A stretch of 64,000 bases of DNA from positions 384,001 to 448,000 of the forward strand of contig CAVTLK010000004.1 of NCBI GenBank assembly GCA_963735595.1, read 5' to 3'. Below, one piece after another: positions 31,612-41,883 of the stretch. Under the pieces are notes generated by a model, which worked only from the letters and a program-made list of their open reading frames with translations, ran no database searches and was not told the origin of the DNA. A program made the position numbers and the translations under genes. The DNA is from an uncultured delta proteobacterium (GTDB lineage: Bacteria > Desulfobacterota > Zymogenia > Zymogenales > Zymogenaceae). Position 1 is the first letter of the stretch, and each line of letters opens with the position of its first letter.

Positions 31612-32974
31612 TTATATCATCCGGGCTACTTCTCCTGGTCTTCCTCGGATTCGTTCAATGTCCCGAAATTCCTTGGATAACTTCTTCACTTCTTTTATTG
31701 TAACAAGCTTTGTTAGAAAATCAAGGGTTTTTTCCTCGGTGATCCGGGAGGCCAGATCTTCCCAGGCGTCGTTCTTGTCGTACCGTTTCTTGATTTCCTC
31801 GTATTTCATCCTGAGCGACTGGGCGTCGTTCTTGAGCCGCTCCTCGGACTCCTGGCTGCGTGGTCGTGATCCCTTCCCGCTTGGCGATCTCTTCGAGGAT
31901 GAGCCGGGCCTTTACTTCGTACTCGGCCCGGGGCTTAACGGTCGCCAGCATCTCGTCGGGCTTGGCCTCCATCATTTCCAGCGAAAGACCCTGGGAGCGC
32001 AGCCGCATTTCCGTGTCGCGGATGATATCGAGGCTCTGGGCCTCGACGAGGGCCGGCGGCGCCTCGATGGGGTGCTTGTCGACGAGCCGCTTTATGATAC
32101 GGCGGCTGACCGCCTGGTCTTCCCGCTTGGCGGCGGTGTCTTCGAGCCGCTTCCTGACGTCATCCTTGAGCGCCTTGAGGTTCTCGAATTGGCCGACATC
32201 CTTGGCAAACTCGTCGTCGATCTTCGGGACGTTCTTGACCCGAATCTCCTTGATATCGACTTCAAACTGTAATCTGCTTTCCGGCCAGGTCCTTGCTGTG
32301 ATAGTCGGCCGGGAACTCGACCTCGAAACTGAGGTGCTGACCCGGCCTCCTGGCCGATCAGGTTTTTTTCGAAATCCTCGATGAACCTACCGGCGCCGAT
32401 CTCGACGGGGTAGTTCTCGGCGGCGGCCTCCTTTGACGGGCTTGCCGTCCATCGAGCCGGCAAAGCTGACGGTGACGATATCCCCCTTCTTGACGGGGCG
32501 CTGCTTTTCCTCTGCCTCGAGGGTGGCGTGGTTTTCGGCGAGCCTCTCGACGAATGCCTCAATTTCTTTCTTGTCGATATCCATGCTTAAGGCGCTCGAC
32601 CTCGATGGCCTTATAGTCCGACAAGCGCGACTACCGGGGTCACTTCAAAGGCGGCCGAATAGGTGAACTCCTCGTCCTCGACCGCCCCATCGGTATCCAC
32701 CTCGGGGTATGAAACAGGGCGGATGCCGGCCTCGGAAAGCGCCTTGGAGTAGCTGTCGCCGAAGAGTTGTTCGGTAACGTCGGCCTTGACCTGGTCCTTG
32801 AAAAGTGATCTCGAGGACGTGACGGGGAATCCTGCCGGGCCTGAAGCCCTTGACCTTAGCCTTCTTGTTGAGGGCGAGGTAGGCGTCCTCGACGGCGGAA
32901 TTGACAACGTCCCGGGGAATGGTGACGGTAATCTTTTTCTTGACGCTCGATACGTCTTCAACGGTAACCTTCAT
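31612..32974 (-). CDS. tig: Trigger factor, multiply frameshifted in this sequence
   Basis: KVKGFRPGRIP signature, FKBP-like GRFIEDFE, C-terminal EEKTLDFL; position upstream of clpP. Confidence 0.9.
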
Positions 32975-33031
32975 GGAAACGAACTCCTGATCGTATGATG
33001 GTTATGAGTGCGAAACAACGGGGTGATGGGA

Positions 33032-33116
<85 letters not shown>

Positions 33117-33139
33117 AATAGGGCGGAACGTAAAAAAAT

Positions 33140-33215
33140 TGGTGGGCCATCTAGGGATCGAACCTAGGACCTACTGATTAAGAGTCAGTTGCTCTACCAA
33201 TTGAGCTAATGGCCC
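33140..33215 (-). tRNA. tRNA-Lys(CTT)
   Basis: GGGCCATTAGCTCAATTGGTAGAGCAACTGACTCTTAATCAG...CCA. Confidence 0.96.
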
Positions 33216-33442
33216 ACGTATGTATTTACCCGTATCTTGGAAAAATAACATGAGGGGGAAAGCTTGTCAAGATGATTTTTTGGGATTTAGGCGGCCGGAG
33301 GGAGTGACTATCAGAAAACCAGAGAGACGTTATGCGTATGACTAATCCGACCTACGATCATCGCGAGCCCCCCGTATGGGGCCGACAGGGGCGTTATAGG
33401 CGAAATCGTCTCATTTGGCCAGTTCCGGGAACGAGGATTGTA

Positions 33443-34066
33443 CTACTTCCCCGGCCGATAGACGACGTGGCGGCACCGGTCGTCACCCCGGGCGATGCAG
33501 AGCGTCTCCTCGATCCGCAGGTCCTGCCCGACGATCCAGCGGCCGATGGCGTGGGAAAAGCCGGTCCCGGCGTTGCATATCGGCGCAGTAGTCTTCAGCC
33601 CGGAGCACCAGTAGCAGGGAGAGAGCTCGATGACGTAACCCTCGTCATTCGCGTAGCAGGTATAGATGTCGCCGAAGATTCCCTTCGCCGCCACGAACAT
33701 GATATCCTGGAGACGCACGAACTCGTCAAAGAGCCTGTCCGGCGTGCGGTCATCGGGCTTTAAACCGTCGATGTTAAGGAGGGCGGGGAACTGCTCCAGT
33801 ATGATCTCGAAGGACCGCTTGCCCAGCTGGAACGTTATGGTCCTTGACCCCCGCTCCCCCAGGACCCCGATGAGGCCGGACATGAGGCGGGTAAAGTCCT
33901 CCGAGCTTTGCTCCAGCTCGAGGTTATTGGGGGGGTAGTTTCCGATAAATTTTTGGAGTTTTGCGTAGTTAAGGATAGAATTGAGGCCGTTGAGGCCAAG
34001 TATTTCCTCGGCCGTTATAAATCCAAGATATAATACCTGATTTGGCAGATTCCCCTTCAGCGGCAT
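33443..34066 (-). CDS. Stand-alone V4R domain protein, paralog 3
   Basis: AEEILGLNGLNSILNYA, YPPNN, CYWC...PIC...EETLC.ARGD.RC; AGGAG SD. Confidence 0.85.
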   Translation of the reverse strand: MPLKGNLPNQVLYLGFITAEEILGLNGLNSILNYAKLQKFIGNYPPNNLELEQSSEDFTRLMSGLIGVLGERGSRTITFQLGKRSFEIILEQFPALLNIDGLKPDDRTPDRLFDEFVRLQDIMFVAAKGIFGDIYTCYANDEGYVIELSPCYWCSGLKTTAPICNAGTGFSHAIGRWIVGQDLRIEETLCIARGDDRCRHVVYRPGK

Positions 34067-34390
34067 GGTACTCTCCTTTTAAAGGATATCGGTTAACTGT
34101 CCGAATAGACGAGCGACACTACCTTACGAACCTAATGGAGATACTGCGTTTGTGGCGGTTACTATACCATACCTACGTATAATTTGTATAAAATTTTTAC
34201 CGGATAATCTACAACTACATAGTAAGACAGGTAATGCTTTGCATTGCCTGTCTTAAACCTTTTGTTACCGCGTGCCGCTTACAACACCCGGGATTCAAAG
34301 GACTTCTACGAACAGAATAATCGCCGGGTTCCCCCGGTTCAGCCTGAAACCTCCCGGGTTTGGTACCGGAGGCTGGTCACGCCGGCTATT

Positions 34391-35092
34391 TCATTTTCCT
34401 TCCGGCTGGTCCCACGAGTAGGAGTACTCGTCGGGGAGCTCTTTCCCCAGGGCGGACATCCCCGCTTTCACGATACGTGTCATTTCGGCGACCCGTCTAC
34501 CGACGTTTTCGGCGCACAGCATCCCCTCTGGGTCGTCGTTGTCCTTACCGAGCGGGTTCGGGCCCTGGCCGGTCCATGCGGCGGCACCGATGTAACAGCC
34601 GGCTATATTGTCCCCGGATACCACGACCCCGTTCATGAGCAGGCAGCTGTGTATCAGGGCCGTCAGCGTCAGCTCCTGCCCGCCGTATCGGGTAGCGCCG
34701 CCGGTGAGCACTCCGCAGACCTTGCTGAACCGGGGCACCGCCTTCCCGCGCCCGAGGTAATGAAGGAGCGACATATTGCCCAGCCTGTCCAGGAGGGCCT
34801 TCATGGAGGCGGGGATAGAAGTGTGATAAACGGGAGCGGCCCACAATACGCCGTCTGCCTCCATATACTTAGGCACGAACTCGTGAAAGTCGTCCATAAT
34901 TACGCAGTAGCCTTTCTCCAGGCACTTGTAGCAGCTGATGCAGAATCCTATTTTTTTGCCTCCCATTTCGTAGAGCTCAGTCTCAATACCCGGCACGTTT
35001 CCGGCGGCTTCCAACGCCCTGCTCAGCATTCTGGTCGTGTTGCCGTTCTTTCGAGGGCTCCCCCCAACGCCGAGGATTTTTATCTTTTTCAT
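34391..35092 (-). CDS. Iron-sulfur flavoprotein / NADPH-dependent FMN reductase family
   Basis: GSPRKNGNT, CISCYKC...C cluster motif, APVY, KALLDR, GGQE. Confidence 0.88.
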   Translation of the reverse strand: MKKIKILGVGGSPRKNGNTTRMLSRALEAAGNVPGIETELYEMGGKKIGFCISCYKCLEKGYCVIMDDFHEFVPKYMEADGVLWAAPVYHTSIPASMKALLDRLGNMSLLHYLGRGKAVPRFSKVCGVLTGGATRYGGQELTLTALIHSCLLMNGVVVSGDNIAGCYIGAAAWTGQGPNPLGKDNDDPEGMLCAENVGRRVAEMTRIVKAGMSALGKELPDEYSYSWDQPEGK

Positions 35093-35192
35093 CTCTGGCT
35101 ACGCTCCCAAAGTATTTAAGTAAGATATATCAAGGAGTGCGCCCAATACAAGGCTTTGCCGCGATTTGCCGGACGCACCCGTAGGCTGGAGC

Positions 35193-36455
35193 CTATTTGA
35201 ATGCGAAGGGCACCTCGTACACGTCCTTTGGCAGTCCCATGACCACTTCGTTGCCCTTTTCGTTGATAATGACGAGGTTTTCGAAGTGGAACGTCCCGAC
35301 GCCACCGAACTTCCTCATCCCTCCCTGGCCCATCCCCGTCGGCTCGATCTCAAAGACCATGCCGGGCTGGAGCACGGTTTCCTCCGAGCGTCCGAGCACG
35401 GGGGGTTCCTGAATGTCCAGGCCGATGCCATGGCCGACCATTTCGATCGTCCCCATGCCTGCCTTTTCCACCACACCGGCCACCGCGCCCCATACGTCTT
35501 TAGCCTTGGCGCCCGGCCGCGCGGCCGCTACGCCCGCGTCAAAGGCCTCGTACATCACCTGGCACCCCTTGATGAATCCCTCTGATACCGGGCCGACGTC
35601 AACCATCCGGCCGTTATCGGCCCAGTACCCCTTGTACCTGCATGCCTGGTCCAGGGACAGATAGTCGCCCTTCTTGATGGTGACGCCCTCGAAATGGAAG
35701 CCGGTATCGAACATGCCCTCCTTGGCGCCAACCATGATGTGTCCCGGATTGATAAAGTCAGCCCCGTTTTCAAACGCGGCGATGATCCACGTCCGGCCCA
35801 CATCCTGCTCGGTCATCCCCGGCTTGAACCGGGATACGGCCGTCATCTGTGCCTGCCGGTGAATCGCGGCGGCCTTTTTCAGGCGCTCGATTTCCAGGGT
35901 CGATTTAATCATACGGCATCCCCAGACGATCACGTCGCCGTCGACGAATTTCGCGTTGGGCAGCGCCTGCATCATTGTCTGGATGTCGTTAAACGGTCTC
36001 GGTATCCAGGTATGGGCGATCTGCCCCATTTCGAGGGCGACGTTTCCCTTGCCGTACCCCATCTCGCTGACGGTATCGGCGACCTCTTTCGGGAAGGCCC
36101 GCTCCGAATGGGTCTCGTGCACGTCGGCCTGGGTTCGGATGTCCCTGACCCAGCATTGGGCCTCCGCCGCCCAGCGGAAGAACTCGCCGGTAATGTTTAC
36201 CGGATTTCCATCCTTCGGAATCAGCGTTACCATCGGCTGAATGCTGGGCAGCATCCAGTGGTTCGAGGTGAATCCTCCGAAATACCTGCAGTTCTGCTCG
36301 CTCCAGAGCACGAGGATGTCGACCTTCTTCTCCTTCATCAGGCTCTGGGCCCGATCGATGCGCGATTTCCACTCTGCGTAGGGGACGTCGGGAAAGGTCG
36401 GATCGGGTCCGAACAGCTCGTATCCGGGGGGATCGGGTGCTTTTCTCAGTGACAT
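35193..36455 (-). CDS. M24 family (Xaa-Pro peptidase/creatinase-like) hydrolase
   Basis: Creatinase-type N-domain, RMIKS..EIE, metal-ligand motifs SLD, WAD, GHGIG, EIEP, FEN; ATG 36455 after GGAGG. Confidence 0.85.
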   Translation of the reverse strand: MSLRKAPDPPGYELFGPDPTFPDVPYAEWKSRIDRAQSLMKEKKVDILVLWSEQNCRYFGGFTSNHWMLPSIQPMVTLIPKDGNPVNITGEFFRWAAEAQCWVRDIRTQADVHETHSERAFPKEVADTVSEMGYGKGNVALEMGQIAHTWIPRPFNDIQTMMQALPNAKFVDGDVIVWGCRMIKSTLEIERLKKAAAIHRQAQMTAVSRFKPGMTEQDVGRTWIIAAFENGADFINPGHIMVGAKEGMFDTGFHFEGVTIKKGDYLSLDQACRYKGYWADNGRMVDVGPVSEGFIKGCQVMYEAFDAGVAAARPGAKAKDVWGAVAGVVEKAGMGTIEMVGHGIGLDIQEPPVLGRSEETVLQPGMVFEIEPTGMGQGGMRKFGGVGTFHFENLVIINEKGNEVVMGLPKDVYEVPFAFK

Positions 36456-36620
36456 GGCGGCCTCCGTGTAAGAATAATAAATATTAAGGATAGAAACGTG
36501 CTTAAGATGTGGGCGGCGGCGCCCGTCACGGTGATCGTCAGGATGCGGCGTTGTCAGCCAGGGGGTGCCTTGAGGCGGCCCCTTACTTTTTTGGGGGGTG
36601 GTACAGGCCACGGGGAGGGA

Positions 36621-37205
36621 TTACGGGGTGAGAAGCCGTACCACCATTTCCTTCATGCTCTGGCGCAATTCCGTGTTCTGCCGGACGTCCAGTACCTGCT
36701 CTAAATACGCCAGCCCCTCCATGCAGCCTATGATGACGTTTGCCGCGTTGGAAACGTCCGCTTTTCCGATGACGCCTTGATCTCTGTAGAGGATAAGCTC
36801 ATTGATCAGGAGGCCGCGAAACCGATCGTACATCCCGGCGAACTGCGCCCTGATCTTCTGATTCCTGAAGGTAAGCGAATAACACGAATAGAACGCACCG
36901 TTGTCAACAAACCGAACCTTGTCCAGACCGAAAAGCCCGTCGAGGAACAGGTGAAACCTCCTATGGTAATCATCGGTCTCACCGAGTCCGTAGAAATAGG
37001 GCTCTTCGTACTTGGCCAGGATAAAGTCTACCAGTTCCGCGGTCATTTCCTCTTTTGTCTTGAAATAATGCGTGATAAGGCTTGGTTGGATTCCCATCAG
37101 CTTCGCGATCCTCGCGATGGACGCGCCCTCAATACCCTTTTTTGATATGACCTGGTAGTAGCTTTCCAGTATTTCCCGTCTTCGTATGTCGGCTATTCGT
37201 TCCAT
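36621..37205 (-). CDS. TetR/AcrR family regulator (BetI-like C-terminus)
   Basis: RRREILE...GASIARIAKLMGI.PSLITHYF.TKEE HTH. Confidence 0.9.
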   Translation of the reverse strand: MERIADIRRREILESYYQVISKKGIEGASIARIAKLMGIQPSLITHYFKTKEEMTAELVDFILAKYEEPYFYGLGETDDYHRRFHLFLDGLFGLDKVRFVDNGAFYSCYSLTFRNQKIRAQFAGMYDRFRGLLINELILYRDQGVIGKADVSNAANVIIGCMEGLAYLEQVLDVRQNTELRQSMKEMVVRLLTP

Positions 37206-37260
37206 TACCGCCTTTCTTGAAAATTGGCTGACTACCGAGTTTCTTATATAGGGTTTTTTA

Positions 37261-37307
37261 TTGTATATTTGTACAATTTGTTATACAAATGACCAATCAC
37301 GTGATTG
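37261..37307. promoter_or_regulatory. Candidate operator palindromes in the tetR/SDR divergent region
   Basis: TTGTA-N6-TACAA (37261-37276), ATTTGT-N3-ACAAAT (37276-37290), CAATCACGTGATTG (37294-37307). Confidence 0.45.
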
Positions 37308-37453
37308 AGATTCTAATTAAGAACGGAAACCGTGTCAAGTAAAAAGGAACCCGCTCACGGGCGGGCAGTTGGGCCTGCCGTGAGGCCGGATGGCGGCCCT
37401 AACGGGCCCTCTGCGTATGGTATACCGGTGTTTTTCGAAGAGGAGGACAAGCC

Positions 37454-38284
37454 ATGAGCCGGAAGGTCGTCATAACGGGAACGGCGGGAGGAATCGGATA
37501 TGAGGTCGCAAAACGTTTGGCCCAATCGGGAGATACGGTTATCGGTTTTGACCGGAACGACAGCGGGATCGCGCGCCTGAAAAAAGAATTGGATCAGATC
37601 GGCGCGCCTCACTATCTGTCTGTCCTTGATATTACCGACAGAGAAGGAGTGGCGAAATTCCGCGACGCAGCGCTCAAGGAATTCGGCGCGGTGGATGTCG
37701 TTCTTTCGAATGCCGCGGTCGCATCGTTCGGCTCCTTCGAGGAGGCCGACCTTGGAGGGATGTCCCGATCACTCGAGATCAATGTCCTTGGAACGGCGAC
37801 GGTCCTCCAGGCCTTCATCCCCGCGATGCGGGAGAGGGGGAGCGGGCGGCTGATCGCCATGTCGTCGTTTACGGGCATAGTGCCGTTCCCGTTCGAATCG
37901 ATCGATACCGCCTGCAATTTTGCCATCGAGGGCCTGGTCCGGGCGTTACGCTACGAGGTGGAGCCCTTCGGGATCGAGGTGGGGATGATCGAGCCTTCCA
38001 TCGTCGTCACGGAGCTTACGGCCGGCATCCACGCGGTGCCCCCTGCCGGATCGCCCTATCGGGAGAGGGTTCAGAGGTTTCTTGCCAAGGACAGGGAAAT
38101 GAAGAAAAACGCCATGATGCCCGGCCTCGCGGCTCAGAAGATCGTGAAAATCATCAAGGGCAAAAGGCTGAAGCTGCACAACCGGATCGATTTCACCAGC
38201 GCCTTTTTTCTTGCGGTTGATAAATTCCTGCCCGCCGGCGTAACTGACGGCATCCTGTTGCGCCAGATGGATATCAAGCCGTAG
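37454..38284 (+). CDS. SDR family oxidoreductase-like protein lacking catalytic YxxxK
   Basis: TGTAGGIG, LDITD, SNAA, MSS, IEP; DTACN sits where YxxxK is expected. Confidence 0.85.
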   Translation: MSRKVVITGTAGGIGYEVAKRLAQSGDTVIGFDRNDSGIARLKKELDQIGAPHYLSVLDITDREGVAKFRDAALKEFGAVDVVLSNAAVASFGSFEEADLGGMSRSLEINVLGTATVLQAFIPAMRERGSGRLIAMSSFTGIVPFPFESIDTACNFAIEGLVRALRYEVEPFGIEVGMIEPSIVVTELTAGIHAVPPAGSPYRERVQRFLAKDREMKKNAMMPGLAAQKIVKIIKGKRLKLHNRIDFTSAFFLAVDKFLPAGVTDGILLRQMDIKP

Positions 38285-38471
38285 ACGGCATTACGGCCGG
38301 CAGTAATCTCCGGCAGTATTGCGGCCGATCCTTTTATCGTGCAAGCGCGTGACAGCCCGGTGGATAGGGGGTGGACGAAAATATTCGCTGATACCTTTTT
38401 GATAGCGGTTTTATGATATACTAATTCTGTCGGTTTCTATACATCCGTACTATAAACAATAGGAGGAACCC

Positions 38472-38864
38472 ATGAGTATATCCGAAAAGATCCAGCAGGC
38501 GGATTGGCAAAAGGAAAAGCACGTCCCCGCCATCGAATGCCCGGACAAAGTCAAGGCCGATGACTTCGTGAAGGTAACCGTCTCGCTGGGCAAGGCCGTC
38601 GCCCACCCAAACACCACCGAGCACCACATCCGATGGATCGCGTGCTTCTTCTCGCCCGATGACGACAAATTCACCTACGAGCTGGGCCGCTTCGAGTTCA
38701 ACGCCCACGGGGAGGCGGTGGCCGGCCCCAACCAGGGCCCGGTCTACACCAACCACGAGGTGACGTTCGCCTTCAAGACCAGCAAGCCCGGAAAGCTTCA
38801 TGCCGTTGCCCTCTGCAATATCCACGGCCTCTGGGAGTCGGAAAAATCGCTTTCCCTCGCGTAG
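38472..38864 (+). CDS. Superoxide reductase (class II SORL / neelaredoxin-like)
   Basis: EKHVP, HPNTTEHHI.WI and CNIHGLW iron ligands. Confidence 0.92.
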   Translation: MSISEKIQQADWQKEKHVPAIECPDKVKADDFVKVTVSLGKAVAHPNTTEHHIRWIACFFSPDDDKFTYELGRFEFNAHGEAVAGPNQGPVYTNHEVTFAFKTSKPGKLHAVALCNIHGLWESEKSLSLA

Positions 38865-39036
38865 GGTTACACCCAGGCTATACACGTCCCGCCGCCGATT
38901 GGGCAGACCGGGCCGATCGGCGGCCCCGCGCCGCCTGCCGCCGCGTGAGCGTCATGCGGGGAGCGCGGGGCACTACCGCCCTTGCGGGACCCGGCCCGAT
39001 ACCGATCTAACCGGATCAAGGAGGAGGCAGGAAGCG

Positions 39037-39474
39037 ATGAGAGAACTGACGACCGAAATCGATATCAAGGCGCGGGCGTCCCGCGTCTGGGAGATCGTTA
39101 CGGACTTTGGGACGTACCCCTCGTGGAACCCCTTTATCAAAGAGATCGTCGGCCGGCCGAAGATCGGCACCCGCCTCGAGGCGACGATGGAGCCGCCGGG
39201 AGGAAAACCAATGCGTTTTTCGCCCAGGGTTCTCGTGGTGCGGCCGGGCCGCGAGCTGGTATGGAAGGGGAGCCTGTTTATGCCGGGGATCTTTGACGGC
39301 GAGCATCATTTTATCATCGAGCCGATAAGTAAGAACTCGGTGCATTTTATCCAGCGTGAGCGCTTCAGCGGGGTCCTCGTCCCGTTTCTCTGGAAGATGC
39401 TCGACACCAAAACGCGAAAGGGTTTTACGGCGATGAACAAGGCCCTCAAGGCGCGGGCCGAAAGGGCCGGGTGA
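39037..39474 (+). CDS. SRPBCC (polyketide cyclase-like) domain protein
   Basis: VW..VTDF..YP.WNPFI, FDGEH.F, F.Q.E.FSG, MN.ALK.RAE; ATG after GGAGG. Confidence 0.85.
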   Translation: MRELTTEIDIKARASRVWEIVTDFGTYPSWNPFIKEIVGRPKIGTRLEATMEPPGGKPMRFSPRVLVVRPGRELVWKGSLFMPGIFDGEHHFIIEPISKNSVHFIQRERFSGVLVPFLWKMLDTKTRKGFTAMNKALKARAERAG

Positions 39475-39580
39475 TAGGAGGCCGTGCCGCCGCAGGAGTT
39501 CGGATAAGCGCTGCGGACCATCCCCCTGACATGACCCCCGGCTCCGTGCATCAGCACACCCATCCCCACAGGAGCGAAAA

Positions 39581-40096
39581 ATGGATATACGGACGATCCG
39601 GCTATTGGCCGGCTACAACGAAAAGACGAACGCGGAGATGAACGCGCTCATCTCCCGCCTGGACGCGGCCCACTGGAATCACAATTTCGATGCGTTCTTT
39701 CCCAGTATCCGAATGGTCTGTAACCACCTCTATATCGCGGATTTCACCTGGCTGAAGCGTTTCAGTAATCTGCGCGATTTCCGGTACTTTAAAGACGCCG
39801 TGTTTTCCCGGGAGATCAGCTTTGCGGAAGACGCGTTCGTAACCCGGGAGGATTACCAGACCAAGAGGCAATACCTGGACGGGCTGATCGCGGCGTTTGC
39901 CGATGAGGTCACCGATACCGACCTGGGGAACACCCTGACGTATAAAGATATACGGGGAGTGGAAAATACGCGGAATTTCGGCGGGCTGATCCTGCATTTC
40001 TTCAACCACCAGACGCATCACCGGGGGATGATATCGGTCTATATGGAAATGCTCGGGATACCGAACGACTACAGCAATCTTGCAAAACTCGTTTAG
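39581..40096 (+). CDS. DinB family protein
   Basis: YN...N, FFPSI...NHL..AD..W, HFFNHQTHHRG. Confidence 0.88.
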   Translation: MDIRTIRLLAGYNEKTNAEMNALISRLDAAHWNHNFDAFFPSIRMVCNHLYIADFTWLKRFSNLRDFRYFKDAVFSREISFAEDAFVTREDYQTKRQYLDGLIAAFADEVTDTDLGNTLTYKDIRGVENTRNFGGLILHFFNHQTHHRGMISVYMEMLGIPNDYSNLAKLV

Positions 40097-40223
40097 GCGA
40101 TGCCGCCGGTCAAACGTAGCGGCGTGGCCAAGGCCATGTGCCGCGCCGTCCCAACGATCGGGCATTGCCTTTTCACCCGGAATATGCTACGGTAAGAAAA
40201 TCGAACAATCCGGGGACAATCCG

Positions 40224-40790
40224 TTGAGCAGAGACGCCATATCATTAACAACACCGCTTTCCGACGCCGCCGTCAAAACGCTTCTGGCAGGCACGGCGGT
40301 GACTCTATCGGGCGTCGTATACACGGCCCGGGACGCGGCGCACCGCCGGTTCATGGAGATCCTTGACCGGGGGGAAGCGCTCCCCTTTGACCCGGCCGGC
40401 TCCGTCATCTACTACGTCGGGCCGACACCGGCCCCGCCGGGACGGGTTATCGGCTCGGCGGGCCCCACGACGGCCCGGCGCATGGACCCGTTTGTCCGGC
40501 GGCTCTCGGCGCTCGGCGTCAAGGGCAGCATCGGCAAGGGCGACCGGGCCCCGGAGGTCGCCGAGGCGTTGATGGAGCACACGGCCGTCTATTTTGCCGC
40601 CACCGGTGGGGTAGGCGCGCTCCTGTCTCGTCATATCACGGCCGCCCGGGTTATCGCCTTTGAGGACCTCGGCCCGGAGGCGGTTCGCGAGATCGTTTTC
40701 GCGGATTTTCCCGCCGTCGTGGCAATAGACTGTCACGGGAACGATCTATTCTCCGAGGGCAGGAAGCGCTACCGGGCAGGCCCCGGATGA
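40224..40790 (+). CDS. Fe-S fumarate hydratase/tartrate dehydratase beta subunit
   Basis: YTARDAAH, YVGPTP, GPTTARRMD, IGKG, DLGPEA, AIDCHG; TTG start inferred. Confidence 0.88.
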   Translation: MSRDAISLTTPLSDAAVKTLLAGTAVTLSGVVYTARDAAHRRFMEILDRGEALPFDPAGSVIYYVGPTPAPPGRVIGSAGPTTARRMDPFVRRLSALGVKGSIGKGDRAPEVAEALMEHTAVYFAATGGVGALLSRHITAARVIAFEDLGPEAVREIVFADFPAVVAIDCHGNDLFSEGRKRYRAGPG

Positions 40791-40806
40791 AAGGGGAGTA
40801 GTAGTC

Positions 40807-41826
40807 ATGGGCGATACTCGGATACGGGCGGCGCTCGTCGGCGTCGGCGGGTGGGGTTCAAACATCCTGCGGGCGCTGCTGGGCCTCGACGCCGTCCGGC
40901 TGACCCATATCTGCGACAGCAACCCCGAGAGGGTACGCTCCCTTTCGGCGCAGCATCCCGGGATAGCCTGCACCGAGGAATACGGGGCGCTTGTCAATAA
41001 TCCGGATATCGACGCGGTGCTGATCGCCACCCCGGCGGCAACGCACGCGGCCATCGCCGAGGCGTTTTTTGCCGCCGGAAAGGCCGTCTTTGTCGAAAAG
41101 CCGCTGACACTCTCGATGTCCGACGCCGACGGACTTTTCCAACTCGCCCAAAAAGACCCGGCCCGCCCGCTCATGGTAGGCCACCTCCTCATCTATCACC
41201 CGGCAACGGCCATGATCAAGGACATCATCGGGAGCGGCGACCTGGGCAATATCTACTATATCTATACCAAACGGCTCAACCTCGGCGTGGTCAGGCAGGA
41301 CGAGAACGTCCTCTGGTCGCTGGCGCCCCACGACATATCGATCCTCATCCACCTCATGGGGGGGGCGCCCGAGGCGGTTTCGGCCCACGGCGGCGCCTAC
41401 CTCAACCGGAAGGTGGAGGACGTCGCCTTCATGACCCTCTTTTTTTCGGACGGGAGGATGGGGGAGATCCACGTCTCGTGGCTGGACCCCAGCAAGGAGC
41501 GCAGGACCGTCGTCGTCGGCTCAAGGAAGATGCTCGTCTTTGACGACATGGAGGCCACCGAAAAGATCCGCATCTACGACAAGGGCGCCCAGGTGAAGGC
41601 GGCCGCGGATTTCGCACGGAGCATCTCGATCCGCCACGGCGATATCCATATTCCTCTGGTTGCCGCGCAGGAACCGCTGATGGTGGAGGTCCGGCACTTC
41701 ATCGACTGCGTCCGCGATAAAAAGGCCCCGAACACCGACGTCTTGCAGGGGCGGCAGGTCGTGCAGGTGTTGACGGCCGGGGACGAGTCGATGAGAAACG
41801 GGGGTAAGATCATCCGCCTGAAATAG
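40807..41826 (+). CDS. Gfo/Idh/MocA family oxidoreductase
   Basis: GVGGWG, IATP, VEKPL, MVGH, WSLAPHD, SWLDP.K.R. Confidence 0.9.
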   Translation: MGDTRIRAALVGVGGWGSNILRALLGLDAVRLTHICDSNPERVRSLSAQHPGIACTEEYGALVNNPDIDAVLIATPAATHAAIAEAFFAAGKAVFVEKPLTLSMSDADGLFQLAQKDPARPLMVGHLLIYHPATAMIKDIIGSGDLGNIYYIYTKRLNLGVVRQDENVLWSLAPHDISILIHLMGGAPEAVSAHGGAYLNRKVEDVAFMTLFFSDGRMGEIHVSWLDPSKERRTVVVGSRKMLVFDDMEATEKIRIYDKGAQVKAAADFARSISIRHGDIHIPLVAAQEPLMVEVRHFIDCVRDKKAPNTDVLQGRQVVQVLTAGDESMRNGGKIIRLK

Positions 41827-41883
41827 CGGCGGGAGTCAACAACCCCGATCGACGGAACGCTGCAAAAGGCCCTTACGCCACTC

